Part shown: positions 1-12,852 of the stretch, piece by piece
How the letters are laid out: every line of letters begins with the position of its first letter
Numbering within the stretch: position 1 is the first letter of the stretch
Assembly: GCA_002269645.1 (NCBI GenBank)
Contig: NIVC01000455.1
Span: 248,001-312,000 of the forward strand
Length of the DNA: 64,000 nt
Origin: Macrostomum lignano
Taxonomy: Eukaryota
Reading direction: 5' to 3'
The notes under the pieces: model-generated
What the model saw: only the letters and a program-made list of their open reading frames with translations
What the model was told of the DNA's origin: nothing
Database searches by the model: none
Position numbers and translations under genes: made by a program

Positions 1-54
1 ATTTTTATTGTCACAGTTAATGAGTGCATTGCAAGCATCATTATCTAAAGCAGA

Positions 55-1030
55 GAAGCACCGGTCAACCCCACATAATAACAGGACAGAGAATCCAAAT
101 TTACGCACCGTCCAACCCCACTCCACAAATAGGATATAAAATCCAGATGTACGCACCGGCCAACCCCACTCCACAAATAGGATATAAAATCCAGATGTAC
201 GCACCGGCCAACCCCACTCCACAAATAGGATAGAGAATCCATATGTACGCACTGGCCAACCCTACTCCACAAATAGAATAGAGAATCCAAATTTACGCAC
301 CGTCCAACCCCACTCCACAAATAGGATATAAAATCCAGATGTACGCACCGGCCAACCCCACTCCACAAATAGGATATAAAATCCAGATGTACGCACCGGC
401 CAACCCCACTCCACAAATAGGATAGAGAATCCATATGTACGCACTGGCCAACCCTACTCCACAAATAGAATAGAGAATCCAAATTTACGCACCGTCCAAC
501 CCCACTCCACAAATAGGATATAAAATCCAGATGTACGCACCGGCCAACCCCACTCCACAAATAGGATATAAAATCCAGATGTACGCACCGGCCAACCCCA
601 CTCCACAAATAGGATAGAGAATCCATATGTACGCACCGGCCAACCCTACTCCACAAATAGGATAGAGAATCCAGATGTACGCACCGGCCAACCCCACTCT
701 ACAAATAGGATATAAAATCCAGATGTACGCACCGGCCAACCCCATTCTCTAACAGGATAGAGAATCCAGATGTACGCACCGGCCAACCCCATTCTCTAAC
801 AGGATAGAGAATCCAGATGTACGCACCGGCCAACCCCACTCTACAAATAGGATATAAAATCCAGATGTACGCACCGGCCAACCCCATTCTCTAACAGGAT
901 AGAGAATCCAGATGTACGCACCGGCCAACCCCATTCTCTAACAGGATAGAGAATCCAGATGTACGCATTGGCCAACCCCACTCTCTAACAGGATAGAGAA
1001 TCCAGATGTACGCACCGGCCAACCCCACTC
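55..1030. repeat. Minisatellite, 48-bp unit CCAACCCCACTCCACAAATAGGATATAAAATCCAGATGTACGCACCGG, about 20 copies, with a 192-bp (4-unit) higher-order period in part
   Basis: Direct tandem repetition; ORF-track repeats recur at 192-bp spacing (262 vs 454). Confidence 0.95.
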
Positions 1031-1779
1031 CATATTTCTGGGAAATCTGAATGGGACACGTTGACCTCGAAAAACACACTGGTATAGGGGCCAGCTGCGG
1101 GGAGGGCAGCTGGGACAAGAGTTTATCACACACAAACACTGTCAGAGAGAGACACCGCGCCAGATTTGATTAACGATCTCTTAGCCAAGAAGAACCGATG
1201 CGGATGGAGAAATTCCTTATAGATATGAAAGCTCAGATACAGGCAGATGGGCTCTGTCAGCTCTGTCAGCGGGAGATGAAGGCTGGGGCGGCTGCAACTG
1301 GTATCACTGGGGACCGCCCGGCTGCCCACTGAGGTCGCATCATCATCTCTGCTCAGGCAGACAGGTTGGGGGGAGGCTGTTTGAGTCCAAATCCAGTCAG
1401 TATTAGCTGGCTGAGGGCCTTGTAAATAATGAATGCCCTGTGGAGCCCAGTGAGGATTCGGTCCCAGCCTGATGGGGAGCCGTGTGGGGAGCTGGTCTCT
1501 GTCATCCCACCGCAGCAGCTATATTTATCCACTGGGCTTTCATCCTGTCTGTCCCCCGACATCGAGGCTGTGAATAATTCTCTCAGCTCCATGTTAAAGA
1601 TAAAGATTAAACATAATTCAAGGATGTAAATGCCTGACTTGCGCTGATAACGGCTGCTGAAAACGAATGATGTGCATTTTCTAATGGATATTTTCTCGGT
1701 TACTGCTGACTATTTGTGTCCTGATATTGATAGCGCAGAATCCAGGTTTATCCTTCATCTTCATTCTATCTTACTTCAT

Positions 1780-2250
1780 ATTTATCTAATCATCTACTAG
1801 ATCTATCTAATCAGCTACTAGATATATCTAATCATCTACTAGATCTATCTAATCAGCTACTAGATATATCTAATCATCTACTAGATCTATCTAATCATCT
1901 ACGAAATAAAAAAATCTATATATTCATCTACTAGATCTAAATAATAATGTACTAGATCTATCTAATCATCTACTAGATATATCTAATCATCTACTAGATC
2001 TATCTAATCATCTAACTAGATCTATCTAATCAGGTACTACATCTATCTAATCAGGTACTACATCTATCTAATCAGGTACTACATCTATCTAATCATCTAC
2101 TAAATAATTATAAAATCTACTTGATCTATATATTCATCTACTAGATATATCTAATCTTCTACTAGAACTATCTAGTCATCTAATAGACCTATCTAACCAT
2201 CTACTAGATCTATATAATCATCTACTAGATCCATTCAAGATCTACTAGGT
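1780..2250. repeat. Degenerate 21-bp minisatellite ATCTATCTAATCATCTACTAG
   Basis: Direct tandem repetition. Confidence 0.9.
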
Positions 2251-3004
2251 CTATCAGTCGTTCGCAGCATTCATTCCACAAGAATCTCAAGGTATTTACA
2301 TTACGCCCATCACTTCAAGAATCCCATTTTGCTCTTCAACAAGCCGCCATAGCTTGGCTGTCTGCTTTCTTTTTTCCTCCGCCATCACCTCAGCCTCTTT
2401 GCAGATTTGCTCCCACACGCCCGGGGAGCCGCGGCGCCCTCAATTGCGTGATTGCTTTCCTAGAAATCGGGTGGTGGTGGTGGCGGTCCTGGAAGCCGCG
2501 GGTATTATGGACCCCTGAGCCAGCCGGCGCAGCGCGCCATCACGCAACGGCCGCTGGGGGGGGGGGGGCAGAAAAGTGAAAAAAACTGGGGAACCCTTTG
2601 CGTGTGGGAAAATGAGTGGGAAGAGACTAGGGGAGCAGTGCTGGGGGATTGGGGGTTGGGCGCGGTTTAGTTGAGGGGATATTTCTCCTCTGCTCCGTTT
2701 GGCAGCCACCGGATGGGAAGGGGGAACCGAAGAAGGCCTGCCTTCCGATTTTTCTAGCAGGAATGAAAGCAGAAAACTGAAGACCCGGTGGCAGCAAAGT
2801 TTCTGGCTGTCGAATTCGCCCGAGCGGAGTTCAATTGGGAAATAAGGATAATCCGTAGTTTAATCCCAACGCCCTGGCAACCGCTTGTTGGCAAACGAAA
2901 ACTCATTGACTCGCCTCGCATGGGATTTCTAATGGCTGGAGTCAAGCTAATGAGGAGCACCGTGTTACTGGGCGGGAGCTCGGAAACAGGTCGGGACTCT
3001 TGTA

Positions 3005-3215
<211 letters not shown>

Positions 3216-3685
3216 TTTTCCTCTCTTTTAATTCTCTTGGTTTTCAATTATGAGAGGATAATCTCGCACCGTGAATCCCAGTGACCCCAGGTGACCTCAG
3301 CCAAACCAGGCCGCAAGCAGCTGCCTCAGCAGCTCACGCAAGATTCAAAAGTGAAGCGCAACTCTCAGCTGGAGAAGCGCATCAAGAAAACTCAACTCCA
3401 TAGCAAACCGACACCCCAGCAGCGACTGAGCGTCTGAGAATCAATTTCTAGATGGGGATCAATTCGCTTCCATTGGGGATAAAATTGAACTGGAGTAGCA
3501 TATTAGCCGGAGCAAAGATTTTCCACGGCTCCCCAGCTTCCTCCTCCAGCCTCATCAATGATGCAGTGGTTTGCAAGCAAGCTGGATAAATTTAATTGAG
3601 TCAAAATTATCAACTATTAATGCGATTAAGTCCACCGCTTTGTTGGGACCAGCAGCCCGGTCGGGGAAAATTGGATCTCAACTCT

Positions 3686-4545
3686 TTATCTTCTCTCTCC
3701 CTTCATCTCCGCGTCTCTCTGCCTTCATCTCCGCGTCTCTCTGCCTTCATCTCCGCGTCTCTCTCTCTTCATCTCCGCGTCTCTCTCCCTTCATCTCCGC
3801 GTCTCTCTCCCTTCATCTCCGCGTCTCTCTCCCTTCATCTCCGCGTCTCTCTGCCTTCATCTCCGCGTCTCTCTCCCTTCATCTCCGCGTCTCTCTCTCT
3901 TCATCTCCGCGTCTCTCTCTCTTCATCTCCGCGTCTCTCTCCCTTCATCTCCGCGTCTCTCTCCCTTCATCTCCGCGTCTCTCTCCCTTCATCTCCGCGT
4001 CTCTCTGCCTTCATCTCCGCGTCTCTCTCCCTTCATCTCCGCGTCTCTCTCTTCATCTCCGCGTCTCTCTCTCTTCATCTCCGCGTCTCTCTCCCTTCAT
4101 CTCCGCGTCTCTCTCTTCATCTCCGCGTCTCTCTCCCTTCATCTCCGCGTCTCTCTGCCTTCATCTCCGCGTCTCTCTGCCTTCATCTCCGCGTCTCTCT
4201 GCCTTCATCTCCGCGTCTCTCTGCCTTCATCTCCGCGTCTCTCTGCCTTCATCTCCGCGTCTCTCTGCCTTCATCTCCGCGTCTCTCTCCCTTCATCTCC
4301 GCGTCTCTCTGCCTTCATCTCCGCGTGTCTCTCCCTTCATCTCCGCGTCTCTCTCCCTTCATCTCCGCGTATCTCTCCCTTCATCTCCGCTTCTCTATCC
4401 CTTCATCTCCGCATTTCTCTCCCTTCATCTCCGCGTCTCTCTCCCTTCATCTCCGCGTCTCTCTCTTCATCTCCGCGTCTCTCTCTCTTCATCTCCGCGT
4501 CTCTCTCCCTTCATCTCCGCGTCTCTCTCCCTTCATCCCGTGTCT
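3686..4545. repeat. 20-22-bp pyrimidine-rich minisatellite CTTCATCTCCGCGTCTCTCTCC, probably intronic
   Basis: Direct tandem repetition, just past the GTGAGC donor at 4641 (minus). Confidence 0.95.
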
Positions 4546-4641
4546 TCCTCTTCATCTCTGCATCTCTCACCGTCTGCTGTCCCTACACCCTCTTTCTACC
4601 CGCCACAGATCCGTCCCGGTCACCTCACAGCCTCCGCTCAC

Positions 4642-6618
4642 CTTATCATCCTTGAACAGCCGCACGGCAGTCAGCTGCTCGGCCGCCCCATCGCAGCGCA
4701 GCCAGCCCGGAAGGGCGCCGCTCTGCAGCTCCAGCCTCCGAGCTCCGGCGGCATCGCGGGTCTCCGAGTACAGAGCGGCTGCTGGACTCCGCTGGGATAC
4801 GAATGACAGGGAGGCCACTGGCGGCTCTGCAGAGGGAGATAAAATTGGTGTCTTCCTCTCCTCCCATCTCTAAGTTCCCCAAATCCCCAAATCCCATCTC
4901 AAAATTCGCAAATCCCATCTTAAGATCCCCAAATTCCACATCTAGATCCTCAAATCCCATCTCTAGATCCTCAAATCCCACCTCTAGATCCTCAAATCCC
5001 ACCTCTAGATCCTCAAATCCCACCTCTAGATCCTCAAATCCCACCTCTAGATCCTCAAATCATACCTCTAGATCCTCAAATCCCACCTCTAGATCCTCAA
5101 ATCCCACCTCTAGATCCTGAAATCCCACCTCTAGATCCTGAAATCCCACCTCTAGATCCTGAAATCCCACCTCTAGATCCTGAAATCCAACCTCTAGATC
5201 CTGAAATCCCACCTCTAGATCCTGAAATCCAACCTCTAGATCCTCAAATCCCACCTCTAGATCCTCAACTCCAACCTCTAGATCCTCAAATCCCACCTCT
5301 AGATCCTCAAATCCCACCTCTAGATCCTCAAATCCAACCTCTCGATCCTCAAATCCCACCTCTAGATCCCCAAATCCCAAGCCACCCACTGCGAATCCCC
5401 AATGCCGTCTTCTTGACCATCGAGTAGCTAAAGCTGCTGACTGTCTGGCCGCACACCGCGCACAGCCCGCCCGTCCTGTTGGTCACTGCCCGCACCCGCA
5501 GGCGGATCAACCCGACGCTGCTCCGAGCTTCATCGACTTCAACGAGACCGTCGCGGACCAGCGGATGCTGCGAGTTCACCTGCAGCGCTGGCGGCTGGCG
5601 GCCTTTGAGCACCCCGGAGTTCATTGAGTCGCTCAGGGCGGACACTTTGCCAAGCACGGCCGCCACCAGAGCTCGGGTGAACAGGCCGGGGTCCTGGAGC
5701 AGCTCCAGGGGCTGCTGGCAGTCCTGCACACTGGCGCCCAGCTCATGCAGCTCTTTGGGTGGGGCAAATTTGTGAGATTTTTTGTGTTAGGGTGTTCTTG
5801 TAGAAGTCAGAATGACAATCAGGTCTCATGATGGAGCTAAAAATGAGTCAGATGTCAGAATGGGGCTATAAAAATTGGTCAGATGTCACAATGGAGCTTC
5901 AAAATGAGTCAGGTCTCAGAATGGAGCTATAAAATGAGTCAGGTCTCAGAATGGAGCTATAAAATGAGTCAGGTTTTAGGATGGAGCTATAAAATGAGTC
6001 AGGTCTCAGGATGAAACCCTAAAATGAGTCAGGTCACAGGATGGGGCTATAAAATGAGTCAGGTTTTAGGATGGAGCTATAAAATGAGTCAGGTCTCAGA
6101 ATGGAGCTATAAAATGAGTCAGGTTTTAGGATGGAGCTATAAAATGAGTCAGGTCTCAGGATGGGGCTATAAAATGAGTCAGGTCTCAGGATGGGGCTAT
6201 AAAATGAGTCAGGTCTCAGGGTGGAGCTATAAAATGAGTCAGGTCTCAGGATGGGGCTATAAAATGAATCAGGTCTCAGGATGAAACCCTAAAATGAGTC
6301 AGGTCTCAGGATGGGGCTATAAAATGAGTCAGGTGTCAGGATGGGGCTCTGCAATGAATCAGTGGATTCTGGAAGAAAACAGTGAGATTACTAACGCGAG
6401 GGCGCCGCATTCAGAAACTCACTGGACTTGTCCAGGCCCTGATCGTACGGACAGTCGAACTTAATCCAGTCCCCTTCGAGCACATCTGCTGGCTCCGACG
6501 CTGCACCGCTGCCCGCCGGGCTGAGGCTGGCGCCGAGGCAGCTGGAGGCCGCCAAGGACAGAAGCAGCAGAAGTGGCAGCGACTGCCGGCTGCACGACCA
6601 GGCAGTTTCGGCGGACAT
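4642..6618 (-). CDS. Secreted or membrane protein, 5' part only: exons 6618-6396, 5752-5390, 4826-4642 (257 codons); signal peptide; possibly degenerate Ig-like domains
   Basis: ATG at 6618; hydrophobic LPLLLLLSLAASSCLG; GT-AG junctions with consistent phases (1,1,0); introns filled by 30-bp and 21-bp arrays. Ig suggestion rests only on WIKFDC, LRVRAVTNRTGGLCAVC and LRCDG..VRLFKDD patterns. 3' exons unresolved. Confidence 0.65.
4905..5375. repeat. 21-bp intronic minisatellite CCTCAAATCCCACCTCTAGAT
   Basis: Direct tandem repetition. Confidence 0.95.
5830..6345. repeat. 30-bp intronic minisatellite AAAATGAGTCAGGTCTCAGGATGGAGCTAT
   Basis: Direct tandem repetition. Confidence 0.95.
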
Positions 6619-7084
6619 TCCTCTTTTATTTGAATTATTAATGATAATTTGTTGTCTGCTCTGCTTGTAGTTGACTATGAGCCAAGCAAGGGATTAACGT
6701 GGATTTCTCCAAGAATGATTGAGCTGTCTGGGGGTCTGCTGCGCTTTTTGTAACAACAAATGGGGGGCTGCCTCCGGGGGCAGCTGGGGGGAGGATTTGT
6801 GGAGTGGCGCTGGCGCCGGAGTGGCTCAAAGAGTTCTGGCTCTCCGCCGTCTGATTGGCTGCCCCTCACAGTGGGGGGTCCGGGGCTTCTATTTAGAAAA
6901 TTGGCCCACTTGACTGCCAGTGCAGGGTTGGAGTGGGGGAGACAAGGAGATCTGAATGCTGGAATCTGGCGTGAAAACGGCTTCATTTCGCAAACTTATT
7001 GCAACTGCATTATCGACTACTGAAAACAGTTGGTTATTTGGTTTAACTGCGGGGTTTAAATACTTTTGAACTAGAATCGGTAGG

Positions 7085-7800
7085 CGCCAAATTAGAAACC
7101 GATTGGCATCTAATTACAAATGGATTTGTGCCAGATTAGAAATCGATTGGCGCCAGATTAGAAATCGATTGGCGCCAAATTAGAAATCGATTGGCGCCAG
7201 ATTAGAAATCGATTGGCTCCAAATTAGAAACCGATTGGCGCCACTTTAAAAATTGGTTAGCCCCAAAATAGAAATCGATTGGCGCTCAATTAGAAATCGA
7301 TTGGCGCCCGATTAGAAATCGATTGGCGCCAAATTAGAATTTGATTGGCGCCAGATTAGAAATCGATTGGCGCCAAATTAGAAATCGATTGGCTCCAAAT
7401 TAGAAACCGACTGGCGCCACTTTAGAAATTGATTGGCCCAAAAAAAGAAATCGATTGGCGCCCAATTAGAAATCGATTGTCGCCAAATTAGAAATCGATT
7501 GGCGCCAAATTAGAATTTGATTGGCGCCAGATTAGAAATCGATTGGCGCCAGATTAGAAATCGATTGGCGCCAAATTAGAAATCGATTGGCTCCAAATTA
7601 GAAACCGACTGGCGCCACTTTAGAAATTGATTGGCCCCAAAATAGAAATCGTTTGGCACCAAATTAGAAATCGATTGGCGCTCAATTAGAAACCGATTGG
7701 CATTAAATTAGAAATCAATTCGCGCCCAATTAGAAATCGATTGGCGTCAGATTAGAAATCGATTGGCGCCCAATTAGAAATCGATTGACGTTAGATTAGA
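7085..7800. repeat. 22-bp minisatellite ATTAGAAATCGATTGGCGCCAA
   Basis: Direct tandem repetition. Confidence 0.95.
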
Positions 7801-8294
7801 AATCAATTTCATTAAAACAGAAATGGAGGCCCAAGTCAAAAACGAGTTGAACCAACTCCAGATTGCAGGCCTCCAGAGCTCCATGACCGGTAGCTCAAAG
7901 TTCCGCGCAGACCCCCAGCATTGGGATTTCTGTGAGGCCATACACCGCCCCAATCCGTCGCTCAGGTGATTCACTCTCATCATCTGCTAGATGGCCTACT
8001 TATTGCGGCAATGATGGGCCAACTCTTTGAGTCTGACTGACACCAGCCAATGCAGTTTATTGATGCGGGCCACTCCGCAGCGCCATAATCAATCAATGCA
8101 GCCGCAATTGGCATTTCTGATGAAATCTCCAGCTGGCAAAGACTGCTCAGAGCGGTGGCAACCTTTGACCCGGGGGTTCTCTAACCCGACTATTGAGGAA
8201 GTTCTAAGGCGGATCTAAGGAGTTCTAAGGAGTAATGAACTGTAACTGAAATTTTATGCGAGACGGTGCTCTGTGATTCACCTGTGCTCAGATG

Positions 8295-8820
8295 AGAGGT
8301 GTAGGGAAGGGGTGAGAGAGTCAGAGGTGTAGGGAAGGGGTGAGAGAGTCAGAGGTGTAGGGGAGGGGTGAGAAAGTGAGGGGTGTCTGGCAGGGGTGAG
8401 AGAGTGAGGGGTGTGGGGCAGGGGTGAAGGATTGAGGGGTGTGGGGGAGAGTTGAGAGAGTGAGGGGTGTGAGGCAGGGGTGAGAGAGTGAGGGGTGTGA
8501 GGCAGGGGTGAGAGAGTGAGGGGTGTGGGGCAGGGGGAGGGATTGAGGGGTGTGGGGGAGAGTTGAGAGAGTGAGGGGTTTGGGGCAGGGGTGAGAGAGT
8601 GAGGGGTGTCTGGCAGGCATGACGGAGTGAGGGGTGTGGGGAAGGGGTGAGAGAGTGAGGGGTTTGGGGCAGGGGTGAGAGAGTGAGGGGTGTCTGGCAG
8701 GCATGACGGAGTGAGGGTGTGGGGAAGGGGTGAGAGAGTGAGGGGTGTGGGGGAGGGGTGAGAGAGTGAGGGTGTCTGGCAGGGGTGAGAGGGTGAGGGG
8801 TGTTGTTTAGGGGTGAGAGA
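8295..8820. repeat. G/A-rich degenerate minisatellite (GGGGTGAGAGAGTGAGGGGTGTG-type)
   Basis: Direct tandem repetition. Confidence 0.9.
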
Positions 8821-9244
8821 TTTTGCATTTTTATTAATTTATTTAAATAAAAAACACAAAACCGTCTGCACTTACTCTCCACATTTACTCAAAGAATCTG
8901 TTGCAGCTAAATACACAGGAAAATCCTATTAAAGGTAACATTGTCAGATAGAAATATTTGAATCTTTATTCTTCCTTTTTTCGCCAACAACAGCTTCTAA
9001 AACAGCAACAGGATTTGAACCCAAGCCGAGTTTCAAATTAGCATTTAGATTGAAATTTATATTTTTTCACTTTTTTTCATTTGAATTCCCACAGTTTCTC
9101 ATTTTCACATGATTTTCTGTTTTTTTTTCAGTGCCTTTTTTAATTCCAATGAGCTGTCTCACTTTAACTCCATCTACACTGCTAAGCGAAGTTGAACTTT
9201 TTATTTTTTCCTTAGCTCCACAAACCTCTATAATTGACATTGAC

Positions 9245-9690
9245 ACCCAACAATCCCTCAGACTGACTGAAACACAACCAACAACTCCTCAGACTGACTG
9301 AAACACAACCAACAATCCCTCAGACTGACTGAAACACAACCAACAACTCCTCAGACTGACTGAAACACAACCAACAATCCCTCAGACTGACTGAAACACA
9401 ACCAACAACTCCTCAGACTGACTGAAACACAACCTACAACTCCTCAGACTGACTGAAACACAACCTACAACTCCTCAGACTGACTGAAACACAACCAACA
9501 ACTCCTCAGACTGACTGAAACACAACCAACAACCCCTCAGACTGACTGAAACACAACCAACAACCCCTCAGACTGACTGAAACACAACCAACAACCCCTC
9601 AGACTGACTGAAACACAACTAACAACCCCTCAGACTGACTGAAACACAACCAACAACCCCTCAGACTGACTGAAACACAACCAACAACCC
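9245..9690. repeat. 31-bp minisatellite ACTGACTGAAACACAACCAACAACTCCTCAG
   Basis: Direct tandem repetition, no spacers. Confidence 0.95.
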
Positions 9691-9906
9691 CTCGGATTTG
9701 TAGACAGTGACACCCTATTTCGAGGAACCTCAAGTGTTTTCGCTAAGATCAGCAATAAGGCCTATTTGTCTATGGCCAAGAGCACACAGAACGTGAAATT
9801 TTCGATTTTGCTTATAATAAAAGTGCAACTCGAATTTAGCCTAACGTCAGCGACTCCTTGGCAATTGCGCTCGTATTTCATCCTAGTAAAATAAGGCAGC
9901 GGGGCA

Positions 9907-11802
9907 ATGAAGGCAAACCGGTCCACCAACAACAGCGCCACCCCAGTGATCCGGACCCGGCCGAAGAAGCTGCTCTCGAGTTTCAGAAAGAGCAGCAGGC
10001 CTCGGTTCCGCGTGTGCGAGCTGTACCTGCAGATGCAGCAGCAACGAGACTGGCGCCAGCAGTTCGAGGAGATGCTCGAGCTTGAGAACAGGCACTGCTG
10101 CTGCCGGACTCGGAACTCGAAAAAGGCCAGCGAAGGCTTCAGTTTCGAGTCGAACCGGTCGCTGGATGGCAAAGCCAGAGGGCGCCCCGGTGAGCAGGTC
10201 GAGTTTCTGGGTTCCTATAGGGTTTGCAGCCTAGTGGTCAGAGCGTTGGGCTCACGACTTAAAGGTCGAGGGTTCGATTCTTGACCCACTCGGAACAATT
10301 TGTGTCCTGTGAGCAAGGCACTCAACTCTGCACTGCCTCAGTTCACCCAGCCGTAAAATGGGTGCCAGGAGCTGGGGTAATTGAAGGTGTGTGGGCGACC
10401 CCCCCCCCAGTCCTTGGACTGAACAGCCGTACGCAGTCTTCAGATTATGTATCGAATTTTCATCAATTTGCGCACAAGAAATAAAATTATTGGCAATTAC
10501 AGAAAACGCAAAGATATTGCTTCTTTCTGAATGAACTTACTCCAATAATTGTTTCTCTGAAAAATGGTAAAACCAGATCGAAAGCCGGTTCTGGAGTATC
10601 AGCGGCTGTGCCGGCTCGCCGCGAACAGCCGTCTGCCGAGGATGCCATCCAATTATAGGAAATCATTTTCACCCAGAAAGCGACCGGAGCGGCACGGTGA
10701 GTTTTAAGCTTTGATTGAACCGTTTTGCACTACTCAAAGTAGAACAGAATGAACTATTTAGTGGCTTCATTATACACGCTGAATTTTAATATCGGCTCTT
10801 TTTGAACCTACTTTAAGTAGAATACAAAGAAAGCCAGTAGGCATAAACTGGGCTGTTGGGTAGAAGGCAGCGTGTTTCCACTAAGACTGGCCAACCCAAA
10901 ACCTCGGTTGCAGTGCTGCAGTCGCGGATGCGACTCTGGCACTACAGGAAGAACCCCTGCTGCGTGGCCGGGCCGCTGCCCGGCAGCGATGACGAGCTGC
11001 AGATGGCGGAGAAGCAACAACTGGTGAATGCCAGCAACACCGATACGGCCAGAGTCGACTCAGCTGCCTTCGCTGACAATTTCTTCATCCAGTCCGGCGG
11101 AGAGACCTGCAGTCAGGAGTGGCACTGCTGCCGCCACGAACAGGTCGACGTTGTTCGATGGAGCATCGCGCTCACCGGAGACCGACTGGAGGCTGAGGAA
11201 AAGGCGCTGTCGGTTCGAGTTCAGGTCCGGCAGTGTCAGAGTATCCTTGAGCTTTTGCGTCTTGGTGACTTTGTGCCTGTCTGCTTCAACTGCCTCGTCA
11301 CCGACCCACCCCGCAGCTGCAGCGGTCGCTGCTGGCCCGCAAAGTCCGCCAGCCGGAGGCAGCGGAGGCCTTCGGATTCGAGCCCAGGGCGCTCCATCGC
11401 CGTGGCGGCTGGGCGGCGACGGCAGCCGCCGTGGCTTCTTCGGTTGCGCGTCAACTGCCATCGGCGGCGGTATGCGAGCTGTCCTCGGAGTCGGAGGCCA
11501 CGGCGGTCATCTCGGCGGCGACCACCCTGACGGCAGCGACACCGAAGGCGGCTCGGGCGACCTCCGGCCAGCAGCCTGCAGCCGGCTCGCCAGACTACGC
11601 AGACCTGAGCAGCTGCAGCCGCTTCTCCTGCAGGACGCCGTCACCAAGTGACCAGACGTCGCTGCTGCTGCGCGGATCCGACATTGTTTCCATGGCAACG
11701 GAGACGCCGTTCCTGCCGCAGCTGATCCGCGTCAGCTGGATGGAGGAGGCCTCGGTGACGAGCTCATCGGCATCTGTCTCCAGCTGTGACATGCAGCTGT
11801 GA
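9907..11802 (+). CDS. Uncharacterised 359-aa protein; exons 9907-10189, 10914-11224, 11317-11802
   Basis: ATG with upstream in-frame stop; GTGAGC/GTCCGG donors and CAG acceptors with matching phases; total 1080 nt; strongly GC3-biased codons; no recognised domain. Confidence 0.6.
10222..10450 (+). mobile_element. tRNA-derived CORE-SINE (MIR-like) in intron 1 of the 9907 gene
   Basis: A box (TAGTGGTCAGAGC) and B box (GGTTCGATTC), then TGTGTCCTGTGAGCAAGGCACTCAACTCTGCACTGCCTCAGTTCACCCAGCCGTAAAATGGG, which aligns by eye with the MIR CORE; 3' end approximate. Confidence 0.75.
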
Positions 11803-12721
11803 ACTGGCTGTCCTGACACCTCCGGGCCAACTGGCACAGCCTGCACCAGGGACAGAGTATGCTTGCTAAACAGCAAATTTTACTGTATAAACAGGCACGC
11901 TTGTAACTTCGTGTCGGGCTCAAACGCACTTTTTCACCTGTCTGTAGAATACTCGAATATGCATACTTATTCGATGCTACATACACATCACCTATTGGCG
12001 ATGATAAACAATTGCTCGCTTCGAAGTACACACATCCGCTAACGACCTTTCTGTACTCTGTCAATGTATTAGCACTAGTAATTAGGCCTAATTTACATAT
12101 ACAGTACTCAAACACGAACTCTGTCTCTCTCTTAACTATTGCTCATCTGTTAAAATACCCAGAGTTACCCACTTCTAGCTACCAGCTTTAACTCATGAAT
12201 AGGGTCTGGAAATCTTGAGGCGCATCTCAAACGCGGGAGCAGCACTAGTCGCATTAGTCAGGAGAAAAGAAGGGAAAATGTTTCAGGAAGATTTTCTTTT
12301 ATTCCCAATCTTTCTTTACTGCTGGGAGCTGACAGAAATTTAGCCTTCAAAGGAGGAAGCATTCAATTGTTCTGAGCAGAGGTTTTCACTCTGCCTCAGT
12401 AGGATGTCGCAATGAGAAGAGTGCTCAAGCGGCGTTACGCTCCAGCAGGTTGGAGTTGCTCTGCGAAGAACTAGCAAGCTTCTTGCGTTTAGTTCGGGAA
12501 AGGCAGTAGCTAAGAACGCCTACGAGGAGTGTGGGAAAGCAGCGTCCCTCAGCAGCTGCCAGGCCGGAATCAGCATAAAAGAGCGCTAAGAAGCATACAG
12601 GCCGCAGCCAGGTGTATTTTGTGATCAAGATCAAATAATTTGTGAACTCAAATACTGCTAAAACGAGCGCCATGCCAGTTGCTAATGAACTGCACACAGG
12701 TGAGCACGCATGAATCTGTAA

Positions 12722-12811
12722 GATAGCTCAGCGGTACCAGGGTTCGATACCGCAGGCACGGCCACATAGTCGTTCACCTTGTATAATGGTGTGCCTGTAT
12801 AGCTTCTGTAT

Positions 12812-12852
<41 letters not shown>

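Noticed and set aside
3260-3585. Selenoprotein-like minus-strand frame with six TGA and no TAA/TAG
   Set aside because: Explained as the antisense of a plausible plus-strand frame using TCA codons; no SECIS or Sec-family motif seen
3571-4873. Long repeat-derived ORFs (also 45-656, 14874-15503, 23788-25296, 28232-29671, 40465-41148)
   Set aside because: Stop-free translations of minisatellites with no independent coding evidence
7823-7966. Possible plus-strand exon MEAQVKNELNQLQ...NPSLR
   Set aside because: No in-frame downstream exon could be linked and there is no homology signal
10222-10290. Functional tRNA genes (also 32985 and 44445)
   Set aside because: The heads lack a complete cloverleaf and continue into SINE bodies
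11028-11876. Overlapping alternative and antisense ORFs around the 9907 gene and the lectin paralogs
   Set aside because: Shadow frames expected from GC3-rich coding sequence
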